64,000 nucleotides of DNA, from assembly GCF_024521635.1 (NCBI RefSeq), contig NW_026250442.1:1-64000 (forward strand), read 5' to 3'. The notes under the pieces are model-generated. The model worked only from the letters and a program-made list of their open reading frames with translations. It searched no databases and had not been told where the DNA came from. The stretch is from Tricharina praecox. Taxonomy: Eukaryota. Position numbers and translations under genes: made by a program. Positions 23,829-39,913 of this stretch are shown here, in pieces. Position 1 is the first letter of the stretch. Every line of letters starts with the position of its first letter.

Positions 23829-26522
23829 GGTCGCTGGTCGCTGGCGTCGCGTGGGAATACTGTCCGTCTGGTGGGGGGCGGGGGAGACGCGTCAAAGAGT
23901 GGACGCGACGGGCTGGCGGCCTGGATCACGTTACGTCATCCTCACCCGTGTCAAGTCTAGCCTCTTTAAAATGGCGAATCCATTGCGCACCACATGTAGA
24001 TACCCAAGCCAAGTATATGATCATGTAGGTACTCCCTATCGTTTCAGCGTGTCTGTGTGCTATCTATCTCCATACTTCTCTCGAGTCTCGGAAAAACTAA
24101 GACCACATTCTCGTCCATTTCCTGCACTTCCCGGCCCGTTTCCGAGCCCGCCGCTCGGCCTCAGGCGATCGTTGCCTGGCCTGGGACCGCATCTCGCGAA
24201 GAGCTACATACGTACCAAGTAGAGTACGTAGTATCTCCAAGTCAACACGAAGAGGGAGCCCAAAAAGAAAGGGGAACACCTGGGCCAGAAACGAACCCCG
24301 GATGCCCCGCGGCCCGTCTGCCATCCGAGCTGGCTAATCACCCGTTGCAGTTCGACATCTTCTACATACGTCCGCTACCGTGGTAGATCGGAGAATCGGT
24401 ACCAAGGTAAGGGAAGGTAACGAGCATCAGTCGGCGCTCGGTATATGCATGGTGTGAGATAGGGAACCATATGCACCCACCATCTCTGGTGGTGTGAGCG
24501 AGTGGACGAGTGATGATGACGATGACCCACTCGACTCCGCCAGCCCCGCCGACATCAACGATAATCCCCTCGAGGATGCGCCGCACACCGCCCCTCAGCT
24601 CTCGGCAGAAGGGATCTGTTGTACATGGAGTACTGGCTGTGATTACGGGCGTCGTTGATGGCAGGAGTGCTCAGTGGACGAGAGGTCCAGCTCGAAGTTC
24701 CGAGTGCACATTGCGATAATCTAATCTAATCTGATGTGCTATAACCGCTTATCCATCTGATCGCATCTGCAGCAAACAAAGAACCGCACCCGATTCTGGG
24801 ACGGAAACATTCGACGCGACACTCCACAGCTCATCACACACTGCCCCCACACATCTCATACATCTCTGAACTGTACTCTAATTTGCCGAAAGCACGTACA
24901 TACTTTAGATCTAGATGGCGGGGACAACACCTAGATCGCACTTATGTGAGGGGTGAGGGGGGCCGGGGCGGGATAGTTACCGCCCGCACTGGGCCGTCAG
25001 CATCTAGCAAGCTCTCGGGTCTCGCGTCTCGTTTCAACCACGACAGGTGCGAGGCGGATTGTTGATGATTACACACTACATGCACCGCGGTCCGCGGAGG
25101 AGTCGAATCAACGGCGACCTTGTCAAACGAAGGGTTCCGATGCGGTCCACGCACAACCATTTCATCGCATCGCCCAAGCCACCACACCAAGCGTGCGTGG
25201 AGAAGACCAAGCCTACCTGCCACGAAACGTTGCGGACAAACAGAAAAATCAAATCGACGGCCGCAGTGAAGGGCAGTGAAGGGAAGTGCGTGGAGAAGAG
25301 TACGGGTGCCACTTGGAAGGGATAGTTATCGATCTGGAGGCGTCCGTTTGTTGGTTTATCGGTGGCGGAACGTACAGTACGGGTGAGTACCGGTACTCTA
25401 GGTGGTACTTGGGTTACAAAGTCCCGTTGGCGTCGGAGTGTACTACGGTAGAGTATGTACTCGTGCTCGCCGTGATGTCGACAGAGTTGCTGCTTGCTGC
25501 TGCTGCTGCTGCTATTACTCCATGCATTTCGTGATTTCGCGATTTCGTGATAGCCATCGGAGCCAAAGAACATTCTGCATGATTGTAGTAGTCTCACCTC
25601 CGACCCACTTCCCCATCCACGCCCCCCGCGCCGCCTATCTGCCGTCGTCTCCCGCTTCTGCCGCCACGGCCGCCTATCACCTCAGAGCTGTGGGTCGATG
25701 CTCTGGGAAGCAGTTATCTGTGTGATCTGAGGAATGCAATCCAGGCGGCAACCTGCAAGTCGTCTTCGTGCCTCCGCTCCGCTGCTCCATGTATGTCGAG
25801 TACTCTACACCGCAATAACCATGCTGCCACTGCTCGAGTTTAGCTCGAACCGAGTAACAGTTACCAGCCTCTGCTCACTAGTCTCCAAGCACTCTGGGAG
25901 CCTTCTCGGCGGGTTGCCCCTACTTCATCCCCTGCTGCCAATTCCTCGGAGCTTGACATCCCTCCCTGGCCTGCCTGCCAGCATCCCCCTACCCGCCCTC
26001 CTCGTCCTTGTTCTCGACCTCTTCCGCCTCCCACTCCAAGCCGGTGCTATCGGTACTCTACATTCCCACTCCGAAAGAGAGACAGAGGCGAGACTCGGAA
26101 GACAGAGACTGAAAGAGACTGAGACACAGACAGAGACAGAGCAAGAAGAAGAGAGAAGTCTCCCCACCGCGCTCGTCCTCACCTTCGAATCCTCCCACCG
26201 GCCTAAACCACCCCCCACTCCTCTTTGCCACTCGAAGTCGCCATTGCCATCTATCTCCATAATTACATACTCTACATACCTCCTACTCTGCGCGCTTCGC
26301 TCACCAGCCAACCAGCCTCTCTGGCGAATTTGCCTGTCCCGGTTGAAGTCGAGGTAGAGTACCGACTCTCACATACTGCCGTATACATCGGTCCCCTACG
26401 CGCACAAACACAGCGGTCGTCTTACATAGTGCTCACATAGCCCCCCCTTGCCTTTCTTTTGGGCATATTGAACATTTTGAAGGGTGGGTTGCTGCTGCTC
26501 GCGCATTTTTTTACATATTACA

Positions 26523-28517
26523 ATGTTGCCTTCTGGGATTGCCACCACCTCTCACATTGTGTCACACGCTTCTTCCTCTAACAGCAACAATAACTCCTCT
26601 TCCGCCACTACAACTTCGTCAGCAAACTCGGGCTCGCGAACCGGCCGACTACGCGGACTCTCGTACCTACGCTCCTACGCTCACGGCCACTCTCACTCCC
26701 ACAACAACAACAACAACAACAACCACAACACTGGCAACCACAACACTGGCAACCACAACAACGGCAACGGCCAACCTGCAAACGCTACCATCGTAACCAC
26801 CACTACCACTACCACTACCATCACTTCCTCCTCCTCCGCCTCCCCCTCCTTCGCAAACTCCTGGAATCCATCCTCCCCCCCGGCTTCTTCTCGTCCTCCG
26901 CGCCAACGCCGCGCCACTTCGCCTCTGAACAACACCGCCTTGAATTCATGGATACCGACCGTTAGTGGTGTGAGCGGTCTATCACGTGTCGTGTCGCTAC
27001 CGGCTGCTGAACTTTCTACGCCAACCGTGCATGCTACAAACGTCCCACCCCCTCCAAACGACGGCTCCGACCCCAGCTCCGCCGTCCGTTCGATCGACCA
27101 GACCATATCTTCCCACGGCCCCTCCTTTTCGTCGCAACAGCAGTCATCCGCCATGGTCACTGCCAACAGCAATGGTGCCCGCGCGGGGCTTCATCCCGAC
27201 AACCAGCCTCTGCCGTCGATACGCTTCACGCCCTACATAGACCTCCGCTCGAACCGCGAGTCCCTGCACTTTGCTCCGATCGAACGCTGCCTGCGACAGA
27301 AGGACGAACACATTCGAGTCGGCCGTGCCAGCGAACGCGACGCCAACAACCCTCACGCTCCCGTCGGCTTCAGTTCGAAGGTGGTGTCGAGGCGGCACTG
27401 CGAGTTCTGGTGCGACAACGGTCAGTGGTTCGTTAAGGATGTTAAGAGCTCCAGCGGCACGTTCCTGAACCACATTCGACTGTCGGCACCTGGCATGGAG
27501 AGCAAGGCCTATCCCCTCAACGACGGCGACATACTGCAGTTGGGAATAGATTTCAAGGGCGGTGAGGAGCAGATCTTCAGATGCGTCAAGATACGGGTCG
27601 AGTTGAACCGGGCATGGCAGAAGGCTCTGAATAACTTCAAGTATGCAAACCCAACTCACCCCCACTTCTGCGGAATGGCAAACTTACTCGGCTCCAGCAT
27701 GTCCGCGCACCGCCGGTTACGAAATCTTGCAACGGCCGGGAAGGACCCAGATACCAGCTCATTGAACACTTCGGAATGCGCGATATGTCTCCTCCCTGTG
27801 GCAGTAAGTTGCTCATGTGCTACCGGAAATGAGGCGCTCAATATCGGTCTTGTGATGTGTGCTAATCCCACATCCTAGCCCTGTCAATCTTTGTTCGTTG
27901 CGCCCTGTTCCCATGTTTGGCACTACAAGTGTATCCGACCTCTGGTTGAGAAGGAATACCCGACCTTCCTCTGCCCGAACTGTCGCGCCATCGCGGATCT
28001 CGAGCGCGAGATCGAAGAGGACGAGTTCAGAGAGGAGCTCTGGGAGGCGCCGCCGCCCGAAATCCTGGAACCATACGCCAAAAACCAGTCGCATTCCGAG
28101 TCGCCGACTGGCGCAGTGGGCACCGCCGAAGCCACCACGGCCACCGCTGCAATCACCTCGAGCGACGCTGTGATTTCCGGTCCCTCCGGCAATGGCACCG
28201 CCACCAACGCACCCCCGGCGGCGCCCCCGCAGACCATCGCCGTCGCAGTCCCGAGCCCTTCACAGTCACCCCCGGCCGAGACGGCGCCTCCATTCGGCCC
28301 CCAAACTCCGCCACTACAAATCAACTGCCCATGGCGCAACCGGCGTAGCGTCGACGAGGGAGGCTCAAGCGATAGCAGCGGCGGCGAGACGGGCCACGAG
28401 GGCCCATTGACGCCCATGAACGACGTCGGCCCCTTCGTTCTCGACGGGAGTCAGCCGCGCGGAGACAGGGGACGTAGGGAAACTCTGTTCCTGCCACTGG
28501 GAATGGGCGCCCTTTAG
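26523..28517 (+). CDS. DMA1: FHA and RING-H2 E3 ubiquitin ligase (Dma1/Chfr family)
   Basis: FHA: IRVGR, SKVVSRRHCEF, DVKSSSGTFLNHIRL. RING: CAICL..PCQSLFVAPCSHVWHYKC..FLCPNCR. Introns 27641-27697 and 27804-27878. Confidence 0.93.
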
Positions 28518-29600
28518 TTCAGTAGTCGGATACATTTACGGGAGGCTACTGCCTCTTTCAGAGTTCTTTTTCATTTGATACGGTTTTTTTTCTTTTCTTA
28601 TTCTCTGCTTTGACTTTGACGATGCCATTGCTTGCTTGTGGTACATAATTCGATCCCATTACGCCGCCTCTCACTTTCTTTCCTTTTTCGTTTTCCTGTT
28701 TCTTTCGTTCTCCTCCACTTCTTCTTCTTCTTCTTCTTCTTTTTCTGTGTTGAATTGCGTGCTTAGCTAGCAAAGCATAGCGTGCGGTTTGTTGTTGCTG
28801 TTGCTGTTGGTGTCGGCGGTTTGGTGATGCTTGGTGTTGCTCGATGGGATGGGATGGGAGGTTGAACGAACTAGTACACAATGTGGGCAATGACGAGTGC
28901 TTTGTGGATGGGCGATTTCCTTTTTCACTTGCGAGAATGATGCTGGTGAAATGGATGAATGCGAGGAGTAGATGGATAGGGAATTGGGAATTGATACTCG
29001 AGAGAGTGAGAGTTATATACTAGTACACTGGGCCCATGGCGGCTCGTGAGTGTGAACTCGGCAGACACCAAAAGAGACGAGAGTGCTATCAAACGAGAGC
29101 AGCGTACCCACCTACATGCGTCTGTCAGGACTCGAGCAACGGGCGGCCAACCACACACGATCACTCGCCCTTGGAACCCGTTGTTGCCGAATTTGGAATA
29201 CCTAGATCTCCGTGCCGCGAATCTCTGCGGACGAGGAGGAGGAGATTCCAAGGCTGCGTACGAAGAGTTGTGCGTACTCTACGCTGATGCTGCTGCCTGC
29301 TGCCTGAAGCCTGAAGCCGTACATACATAAGGCTCCAAGCCAACGTCATCCCTATCTATCCCTATCCCGAGCTATCCCTGTTAGGTGCGGCGGCAATCCC
29401 CGTCCGCCGCGCTGTCGCGGCCGAGCCCCACCAGGCCACCATACCATAGCTCCTGGATACATCATACCGTACACCCATCAACATCAACTCTCAACCCCCT
29501 CACTACCCCCCTCCCCCCCATCACTACCCCCCTCACCGCCCGCCCGCTCGCCCGCCCCGCCCCCTCCCACCCGCCCCGCCCCCTCCCACCTACCACCACG

Positions 29601-30472
29601 ATGAACCCCTCCCTCCCGGACATGCCGATCCAAGTACCGATCGACGACCCGAATGCGGACACGGAATGGAACGACATCCTGCGGAAGCACAAGATCATCC
29701 CGGAGCGGGCGCCGTCGCCAACGCCGCTGATCGAGGAGGCGTTCCACGAGGCGCGGCGCCTCGCGCACGAGAACCGCCTGGAGGGCCTCGATCTCGACGA
29801 GCTCGACGAGCTCGAGGATATTGAGGACGAACAGTTTTTGGAGGGGTACAGGTACGTCTCTCTGTCTCTGTGCCCAAGCCGCGGGGGATGGGGGAGGGGC
29901 GGGGGCGAGGGGTTAGGGGGTGAGAAGGCTGATGGTGGTGGGGTAGGCAGAAGCGAATGCAAGAGATCTCCGCGCTCGCCGCGGCCGCGCTGCACGGAAA
30001 GGTCTACCCTATCACGAAGCCGGAGTACGCGCGGTCTGTGACGGAAGCGTCGGTTTCGTATCCGGTGCTGCTGCACCTGTCGTCGTCGACGCATGGGAAC
30101 ACCGCGTCGCGCCTGCTGTCGGAGCTGTTCCGGCAGGCGGCCCAGAAGTACCCCGAAATCAAGTTCTGCGAGATCCCAGGGAACATGTGCATCGAGGGTT
30201 ATCCCGACAAGAACTGTCCGACGATTCTGGTCTACAAAGGGGGCGAGCTGACTAAGAACTTGATTGGCCTGGGCGAGATGCGCGGGACTGATACGAAGCT
30301 GCATGATTTTGAGAGGTGGCTCGTCGAGCAGGGTGTGCTGATGCAGGGCGATATGAGGCTCAGGAGGAGGCAGGAGGAGGAGGACGACAGGGAGAAGAGC
30401 GCCGCCGTGGGGATTAAGAGTGCCAGTAATAAGGCCCGCGTTGATGATGATGAGGATAGTGATTGGGAGTAG
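29601..30472 (+). CDS. PLP2: Phosducin-like protein 2 (PhLP2/PDCL3, CCT co-chaperone)
   Basis: DPNADTEWNDILRKHKIIP, MCIEGYPDKNCPTILVYK, acidic tail DDDEDSDWE. Intron 29852-29948. Confidence 0.92.
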
Positions 30473-31784
30473 ATGTGGCGCGGGCGGGGGCGGGGACTTT
30501 GTACATACCATACGATACCTACCAGGAAGGTCTGATTTCGGTGAGGCCTCATGATGTATCATACCTGCATTCCCCTCGACATGGCATACAAAACGAAAGC
30601 AAGCAAGCAAGAGCTCCTCCAACAGTGCAAATGTCCCACCGTCCCACCGTCCCACCGTCCCACCGTCCCCCACTCCCACTTCCCCGTTTTATGGACGAAT
30701 ACCTACCTATCATCTATCTGGCGTATACCTAAGTGTAGCAGCAGCATCCCCCCAGCGTTCCAACCAGGGATGCGGTCCCGGACGAGGACCGCACGGCTTG
30801 AAGGGTGGGCGGTTACTGATCCGTGACAACTTTCCGCGAAGGACACTCCGTGATGTAGGTGGCGAGAAGTAAGGCGTGTGATCGTGTGTGATGCAGTGTG
30901 AAGCGCCGTCGAGACGACCACCACCATCACCACCACCACCGGTAAACCCGTTTCATCATTTACTCGCATGCACCCTATCCGAATATGCTATCCGGGTATC
31001 CTATATGTGTGAGAGGTCAGGCTCGTTTTTTATTTTTATTTTGAGTAGCGAGGAGACGTTCCGAGTGCAGACGTGTGATTCCGTTCAACCCGTTCGGACC
31101 ATCACCACTTCCACTCCACCTCCACTCCACTCCACCTCCACTCCACTCCACCTCCACTCAACTCAACTCAACTCAACTCAACTTCACCGTGAAATCCAGC
31201 CAGCAGGTAATCCACGCAAATGGACAGCAGAAACCAACGCAGTGAAGTGTCCGAATTGTTTGGTTGGTTGAAACTTGATGGCGAGGTTACAAGGTAAGGC
31301 ATTATAATGTAGTAATCGTCCATTTCCATTTCCATTTCCATCCCCAATGCAACTGCCACTGCCACCGTCTATAACTCCCAATCCAATCCAATCCAATACA
31401 TCGCCCCATATCCCATCAATCATCTTCATCCCGCCGTCCCCCTCGCCCCCTCGCCCCCTCCCCCTCCTCCAACTCCATTACCCCACCCATCTATCCCCAT
31501 TGCAAAATTCACAAACCCCCCCAAAAGACAAAAACAGTACACAACAAAAGTTCTGAATCAAAAGCAAACGCCCCCATAACATCGTATCATATCTTACACA
31601 TACACAACACACGTACCCGCACCCGCACCAGCAATGCCCTACATAACACAAAACACTTTTTATCTAAAAAAGGAAATAAGGAAAGAAAAAAGGGTAGTTG
31701 GGAGAAGAAAATACCACACCGCCGTTTATGGGGCCGCGGAGTACTGTTCTAGCCACCACAAAAAAACAGCCTGGTCGAATAGTA

Positions 31785-33320
31785 TCAATCATCGAAACTA
31801 TACCCGAACGTGGTCCGTCCCATTCCGCCTAGTGTCAAATCCGGACTTTTCCCTCCCTGCGCCTCATTTACAGGCGCCGGGGAGGCGGTGCGACTGATGG
31901 GCGCGGACTTCGACGCGCCGCCAAACGCAGGCGAAGCCGTGCGGCTGATGGGCGCGGACGCGGGGAAGTACCCGAAATTGGGCTCGCCGGGACTGTGTGG
32001 TGGCGAGGAGCCGCCCTGGCTGTTGGGGCGGCTGTTGCCCAGCGGCGGGCCCGACGTGTGGAATGTGTAGCCGAAGGTGCCGCGCGGAGGACCCGAACGC
32101 CGACCGTTGCCGAAGGTGAGCTTCGTGGGCGAGGGGAGGGGCGCGCTGTGGTCGTGGGTTAGTACGTGGGGGTGGAGAAGGGGAGAAGGCCGGGGGACTT
32201 ACTCTTCGGAGATGGTGGCCATGCTGCCGCGGGCTGGTGGAGGTGTGGGCGGCATTGGGGGCGGGGTTGGGGCCTGCGGCGGTGGGGTGGGTGCCGGTGG
32301 CGGCGGAGTCACGGCGCTGCTTCGGTCTGCGGGAGTGATCTTGCGTTCGAGGTTTAGGCTGCCGACCGGAGATGCTGTTCGTCGTTCGGCGAGGGTTTCG
32401 ATCCTGAGGACTGGTATGGCGGAGGGTGCAACGACTGCTGCTTTCGTTCCCACGACGGGTGTGGTCTTGAGCTCAACGGGTGTAGTCTTGCGCTCGACGG
32501 GTGTGGTTTTGCGCTCGACGGGTGTCGACTTGTGTTCCAAAGATGCGTCGAGCATTGACATTTGAGCCGTCACCGTTGCGGAAGCGGGTCGCTTTTCGAC
32601 GCTGTTGCCATTCGTTTTTGGCGACGCCGCATTGCCGTTCGTCTTCGTAGGAGGAGGAGGAGGAGGAGGAGGAGGCGGAGGAGGCGGAGGAGGAGGAGGA
32701 GGAGGAGGAGGAGGAGGAGGAGTAGCAGCAGTTTTCCGACTCGGAGCCGCCGCTACGGGAATCTGCGTTGGAGGGGTGATCGCATCGGCCCGTCGGTCGA
32801 CTGCAGCGGGACCGACACTCGCGACCGGCGACGAATTGAGTTGCGATGGGCTCGCCGGGGACAACGGCCGTGCAACAGGCGTAGGCGAGAGCGATCGGAC
32901 AGGAGCAGACCCACTTTCGTTGGAGCCTCTTGCGGCCGTGGTCGTGGTCGTGGTCGTGGTTGTGATCGCGGTCGCGGTCGCGGTTGTGGTCGCAGCTGCC
33001 GCACTGGGCACAAACGAAGTCGCAATCGCAGGCGCGGAGGTCTGAGCGTCGCCGGTAGAAACATTCAGCCGCCGCTGCTGCTGCTGCTGCGGTTGGGTCT
33101 GGATCGCCGCCGGCTTTGGCGAGGGCGTCCTCGACGCTTTGATCTGCGCCATGTTTGGCAGCGCCGCCGTTCCGTTCGGTTTCGTTTCGACTGGTGGCTG
33201 GGCTGTTCTTCTGACCGCCCTCTCGTCCGCGTCCGACGAGTTCGCTTCCGACACCGTGCTCTTTGTCCTCTTCTTCCCCCCGCCGGCACCGTCCTTTCCT
33301 TTGCTCATACAGCTCCCCAT
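31785..33320 (-). CDS. Disordered orphan protein (~492 aa) with an MGSCMSK dual-acylation N-terminus and C-terminal FGY repeats
   Basis: Exons 33320-32203 and 32145-31785 joined by a GTAAGT..CTAAC..CAG intron; poly-Pro encoded by a (CCT)n microsatellite. Confidence 0.7.
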
Positions 33321-36300
33321 CGTGGTCGTTGTCGTTGTCGTCGGTAGGTGATGATTTGTTGTTGTTATCGTTGTTGTTATCGTTCTTCTTTTTCTTTCTT
33401 CCTTTCTTTCTTTCTTTTCCTCCTCGTTCGTCTGGGGTGGGTGGACCCGTCTTGTTATACCAACCCCGGCTCCAAGACCAATATCACAGGCGCAGTCAGA
33501 CCGAGAGCGCGAGCCTGAGGATCCAATCCAGCAAACGGGTGGGACGTGTCGTAGCCACGACTCGCTGTTCCCGGAAAACGCGGCTTACCTATTCTCCCTT
33601 CCAGCCAGATGGGGGACGAATGGGGTTCACGAATTGCAGTCGGCCAAGGTTACTCGAGCGGTAGATTTCTTCCTTTCGCGTTCGAAAGGGGGGGATGAGG
33701 GTGGACTTTAAATGTCACCAGTCCATGCCACCACCACCACTGCCATGGACGATTGTGTGTGGTGACGGTATGTATGCTTCCAAAAAATTCTTCTCTTCCG
33801 AAAGGCATGGCGGGTATGTAGAACACTGCAGAGCACTGTACGGTACATGGGCATAGGTAAAGTAACCATTCTGCCTCGACCCCAGCAGGCAAAGCAGATA
33901 ACTAGACGGAAGTCGTCAAGCTATGATCCTGGCTCGAGCTGTACCTCCGTTCCTAGCACCTGCTGCTTGCCGCACACCAAGACCTGGAAGAGCAAAAGCA
34001 AAGAAAACGGATCAGAGCCGGTTGCGCCGCAGCCTCTCGGCTGAGTTGAGTCAGTTGAGTCCGTCGAGTTGTCAGTGGGTACATTGGGTAGGCAGTTACT
34101 GGTATGTACGATACCGGTATCACTGCTGGGCAGTCTGCTACTGGTATGTAGAGAATCTGCCAATCAGCCAGCGACGGGGCGGGGAATGGGGGTGGGTGGT
34201 GCGGTGTGTTTGGAGCGGTGGGAGGTGGTGGGATGGTGGGATGGTGGGACGGTGGGAACTGGCGCTGGCGACGGTGCGAACGCCAGGCAGAATTGGTGCT
34301 GGGTTCTGGGGAATGCACACTGCACAGCATGGAATGGTACAGAAGTCCGTCCATGCTTTGCTTGCGAACCAATCCGGATCACGCCTCTTTTTCTGCAGCA
34401 GCAGCAGCACGGATGCGAATGGGGAACCACCCACAGCCTTGAAGAAGCAGAAATCCAATCCCCTCCGCCTGTTTCCGTCCCATCATCCCACGTCTGTCGC
34501 CACGGAAGAAGGAAGGACGAAATGGTATTATCATCATTATCATCGCTATTATTATTGTTATTATTATTGTTATTATTATTTCCGGACACTCATTTCGCGC
34601 GCCTGGCTTGCCAGCTACAGACTAGTACACGATCGGTAACCACTCTACACCAGTGCTTAGAGCAGACTGGCTAACGACCTCCGTAAGCGGTGGGGGGAGG
34701 GGGGGTGGGCGGCGGAAAGCCGTTGCGAATCGCAATCTCGTTCCTTTTTCTCGCACGCACTCTCCACAAGGTGAATCTAGCACCGAAGCTTTCAGACTTC
34801 CAGTTCCTGGAGCCAAGAGGCCAAGAGGCCAAGAGACCGCGAATACCAACGGATTTACCGAGCTGGAACGCGCGAGCCGATTGGCTGGCTGGATGACTGG
34901 CTGGCCGTCGAGCGGAGGGAGATCCTCACGCTGCGACTCTGCGTCAAGAAATGCGCTCTTTCCTCCCTTCCCTTCCCTTCCTTTACATACCGCACTTTCC
35001 TTCCTTCCTAGCACGGCCACCGGCCGGCAGTCCGGGGATGGGCAGTCATGGTCATGGTCATGGTCAGCGCAAACAGAATTGTACCGAATCGAGGACATAT
35101 CATACAACCCTACACATCACGTATCTCCCTACCGTATCCACGGAGCAGCACGGACACGGCTCCTCCCGTTCGTTTGGTTGCGTTTCGTTTCGTCAAACAA
35201 CGCTTGGAAAGTTGCGGCCTGTCTTCCAAGTTCCAAGTTCCCCCCGCTCCCCACTCCCCTATCCCCCTCCCCCATCCATCCAACCATCCACCCATCCACC
35301 CATCCACCCATCGTCTTCGCTTCGGAGACGAGGCCGCTATGTACATAGAGTACACACTCTAAACATCCCCCTCCTTCCCGCATCTCGATGTGTCAATCTT
35401 TCAATCTTTCAATCTCAATGATTAATCTCACGCTCCAATTCAATTTGCCAGCGCACTTCACCTGTACCTCCACCTGAACCTTCAACTCCTCACTTTTCCC
35501 TCCTCACACCTCGCACCCGCAGGCGCAGCGAAAGAAAAGAGAGAAAAAAACCGAGCATCTGTCTACCCCTCCCGCCCACCCCCATCCCCCTCCCCCGGTT
35601 AAAATTGCTTCCCCCCATCCTCCATCCCAGACATGCGCAGGAAACATGGAAAAGAAAAGAGAGAGAAAAAGATAAAGGAAAGGAAAGGAAAGGGATCGGC
35701 AATTGTAATATCCAGGCGCGCATCACTCTCAGCGCCCAGTGGCCGCTGTCATCATCGGGAAGGAGGATGGGGGAAAACGATGGGGAGGATCGAGGGGGGA
35801 TCGAGAGTAAACCGTTTACTCCCTCAGTCTCAAGGCTGGAACGATGGATGGATGGATGAAAAGCCTTCCTGGCTCCAACGACTTTTGTTTTTGTTTGATG
35901 ATCGTTGCATTCGACCTTCGGTAGATCATGGCTGGCTCGTGCTGCGATCCCGCCCCGTGATGACCGGGCGGCGAGTGATATCCCATGCCATCACACGCCC
36001 GTGGTTTTCCCACGCCTCAGCCTCCCCCACCCCTTTGCTACACAAGTACTAGTAAGTAAAAGAAACTTTCAACAAAACGGCCTTACGCCCGCCGCCACCG
36101 CCGCCGCCGCCATCGTCGTGCTCGCCATCGTCGTCGCTGTGGTCGTGCTCGCCTCTTTCTGCGACTAACCTCCATACTACCTCCATACTACTGCTAGTAC
36201 TGCTAGTACGATACCGACTCTATATAACGCTCGCGATCCTGCCGACTGCTTCCTAGGCCGTGCGTTAGTTAGCCACCCCCAGCCTCCTGCAAGCGACAAT

Positions 36301-37110
36301 TCGCACTCCCGCTCCGGAGTCGAGTTTCCGCCCCCTCTCGCAAGTTAGAGTACAAGTTGCAACCCGTTGCTTCAGCCCCAAGGTAAAAAATGAAACGTCA
36401 AAAGTGCAAGTTGAACTGAAGCGGAGCGCTGTGAGCTCGACTCTCGAGTACCTACCTACCCTGCCTAGATGGAGAATCGCCAACTGCTACTCAACTACAG
36501 CTAGAGTACCCAACTTCCAAGTCCTCAACCCAGGCGTGTATCTAGGGTATCCAGTTGGCCCCTCGTGCCTTCTCCTCTCCCATCCTCTTCTCTCCTCTCC
36601 TCTCCTCTCCTCTACCCTAGGTACCTAGGAAGGGGGATCATGCGGTCATATGCACTCACTCGCCCGCACTCACTCGCCTCTTCGGTACATTTCCAGGCAG
36701 AGATGCGGTCATCGTACTTGCGCAAGCAAGCAAGCCCGTGGTTACCCACAGACCTCCTTTGTATCGAGTCCACCGGTTACCTACATACCTGCCTACCTGC
36801 AGCGTCGGTACTCATTTGCCGACAGCTATGTACCTAACTGTAGGTAGTACATACGGTACATACATACCACTAAAGACCACCTGCTCCGTGAGATTCATAT
36901 TTAGGTGGTTATGTATGTGGGCAGCCACCCAGTGCTCCGTATGTACCTGTGTATCTCGCGTCATTCTATTCCCCGTATCTAACCTATGCTAGGTACCTAT
37001 CCTATGTACAAGTAGATACAACCCACAGAGCTCCGAAGGCCGAAGGGCCGTGAGCACTGCTCTAGCATAGGTGCGGAGCACCAAAGCTCCGGCGCACTAT
37101 TTACACTACC

Positions 37111-39134
<2,024 letters not shown>

Positions 39135-39151
39135 TCAACCACATCACCGCA

Positions 39152-39913
39152 ATGCCGTTCAACCTCTCCGCCACCGTCAGCGTCCTCCGCTGCCTAAAAA
39201 ACCCCGCACTGCTATACCCGCAATGCACGATCGCCACATTCGACCAGCTGCCGTACCCGCTGTCCTCCGCATTCCCCGGTAAACCCGATATCCGCGCCGT
39301 CGTGCTGGACAAGGACAACTGCTTCGCGACGCCGTACTCGCTGGAGGTGTATCCAGCCTACACAGTTCCGCCCCTCGCCGCTCACCCCTCACCCCACCAT
39401 CTAACTCTGCGTCCCGGTAGTAGAAAACCTTTACTCGCCTCCGCGCCGAGTTCCCGGGCGACCGGCTCCTGATCGTGTCTAACTCGTCGGGCACATCCGA
39501 CGACGCCTCGCACGCGGAGGCGGCACATCTCGAGAGCGCCTTAGGCGTGCGAGTCCTACGGCACAGTACGAAGAAGCCCGGATGCCACGGCGAGATCCTA
39601 GAGTTTTTCCGGACGTCGCCCGACGGCATCGGGATCACCCGCGCGGACCAGATTGCCGTCGTCGGTGATCGTCTGTGCACCGACGTGCTCATGGCGAATC
39701 TCATGGGCAGCTATGCTGTGTGGGTGAGGGATGGCGTTAGGCCCGCGAGGGAGAAATTCGTGAGTGGTTCCTGGGAGTGCCCGCGGCAAAGGAGGCAAGG
39801 CGCCGCTGATACGTGGTGGTGGTGCGCAGTACGGAAAGGTCGAGAGTCGGATTATGCAAATGCTCAAGCGGAGGGGGTGGGCGGCGCCGACGCCCTCGTC
39901 CAGTCCTTTGTGA
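39152..39913 (+). CDS. GEP4: Mitochondrial phosphatidylglycerophosphate phosphatase (HAD family)
   Basis: IRAVVLDKDNCF, LLIVSNSSG, HSTKKPGC, VVGDRLCTDVLMANLMG. Introns 39365-39423 and 39760-39829. Confidence 0.92.

Noticed and set aside
23960..26480. ORFs between LIG4 and DMA1
   Set aside because: Scattered splice-like signals but no coherent coding model; likely promoter/UTR sequence.
37028..37097. Helitron-like 3' hairpin plus CTAG
   Set aside because: Short GC hairpins in the MSE1 3' region; no 5' end or A|T insertion context identified.
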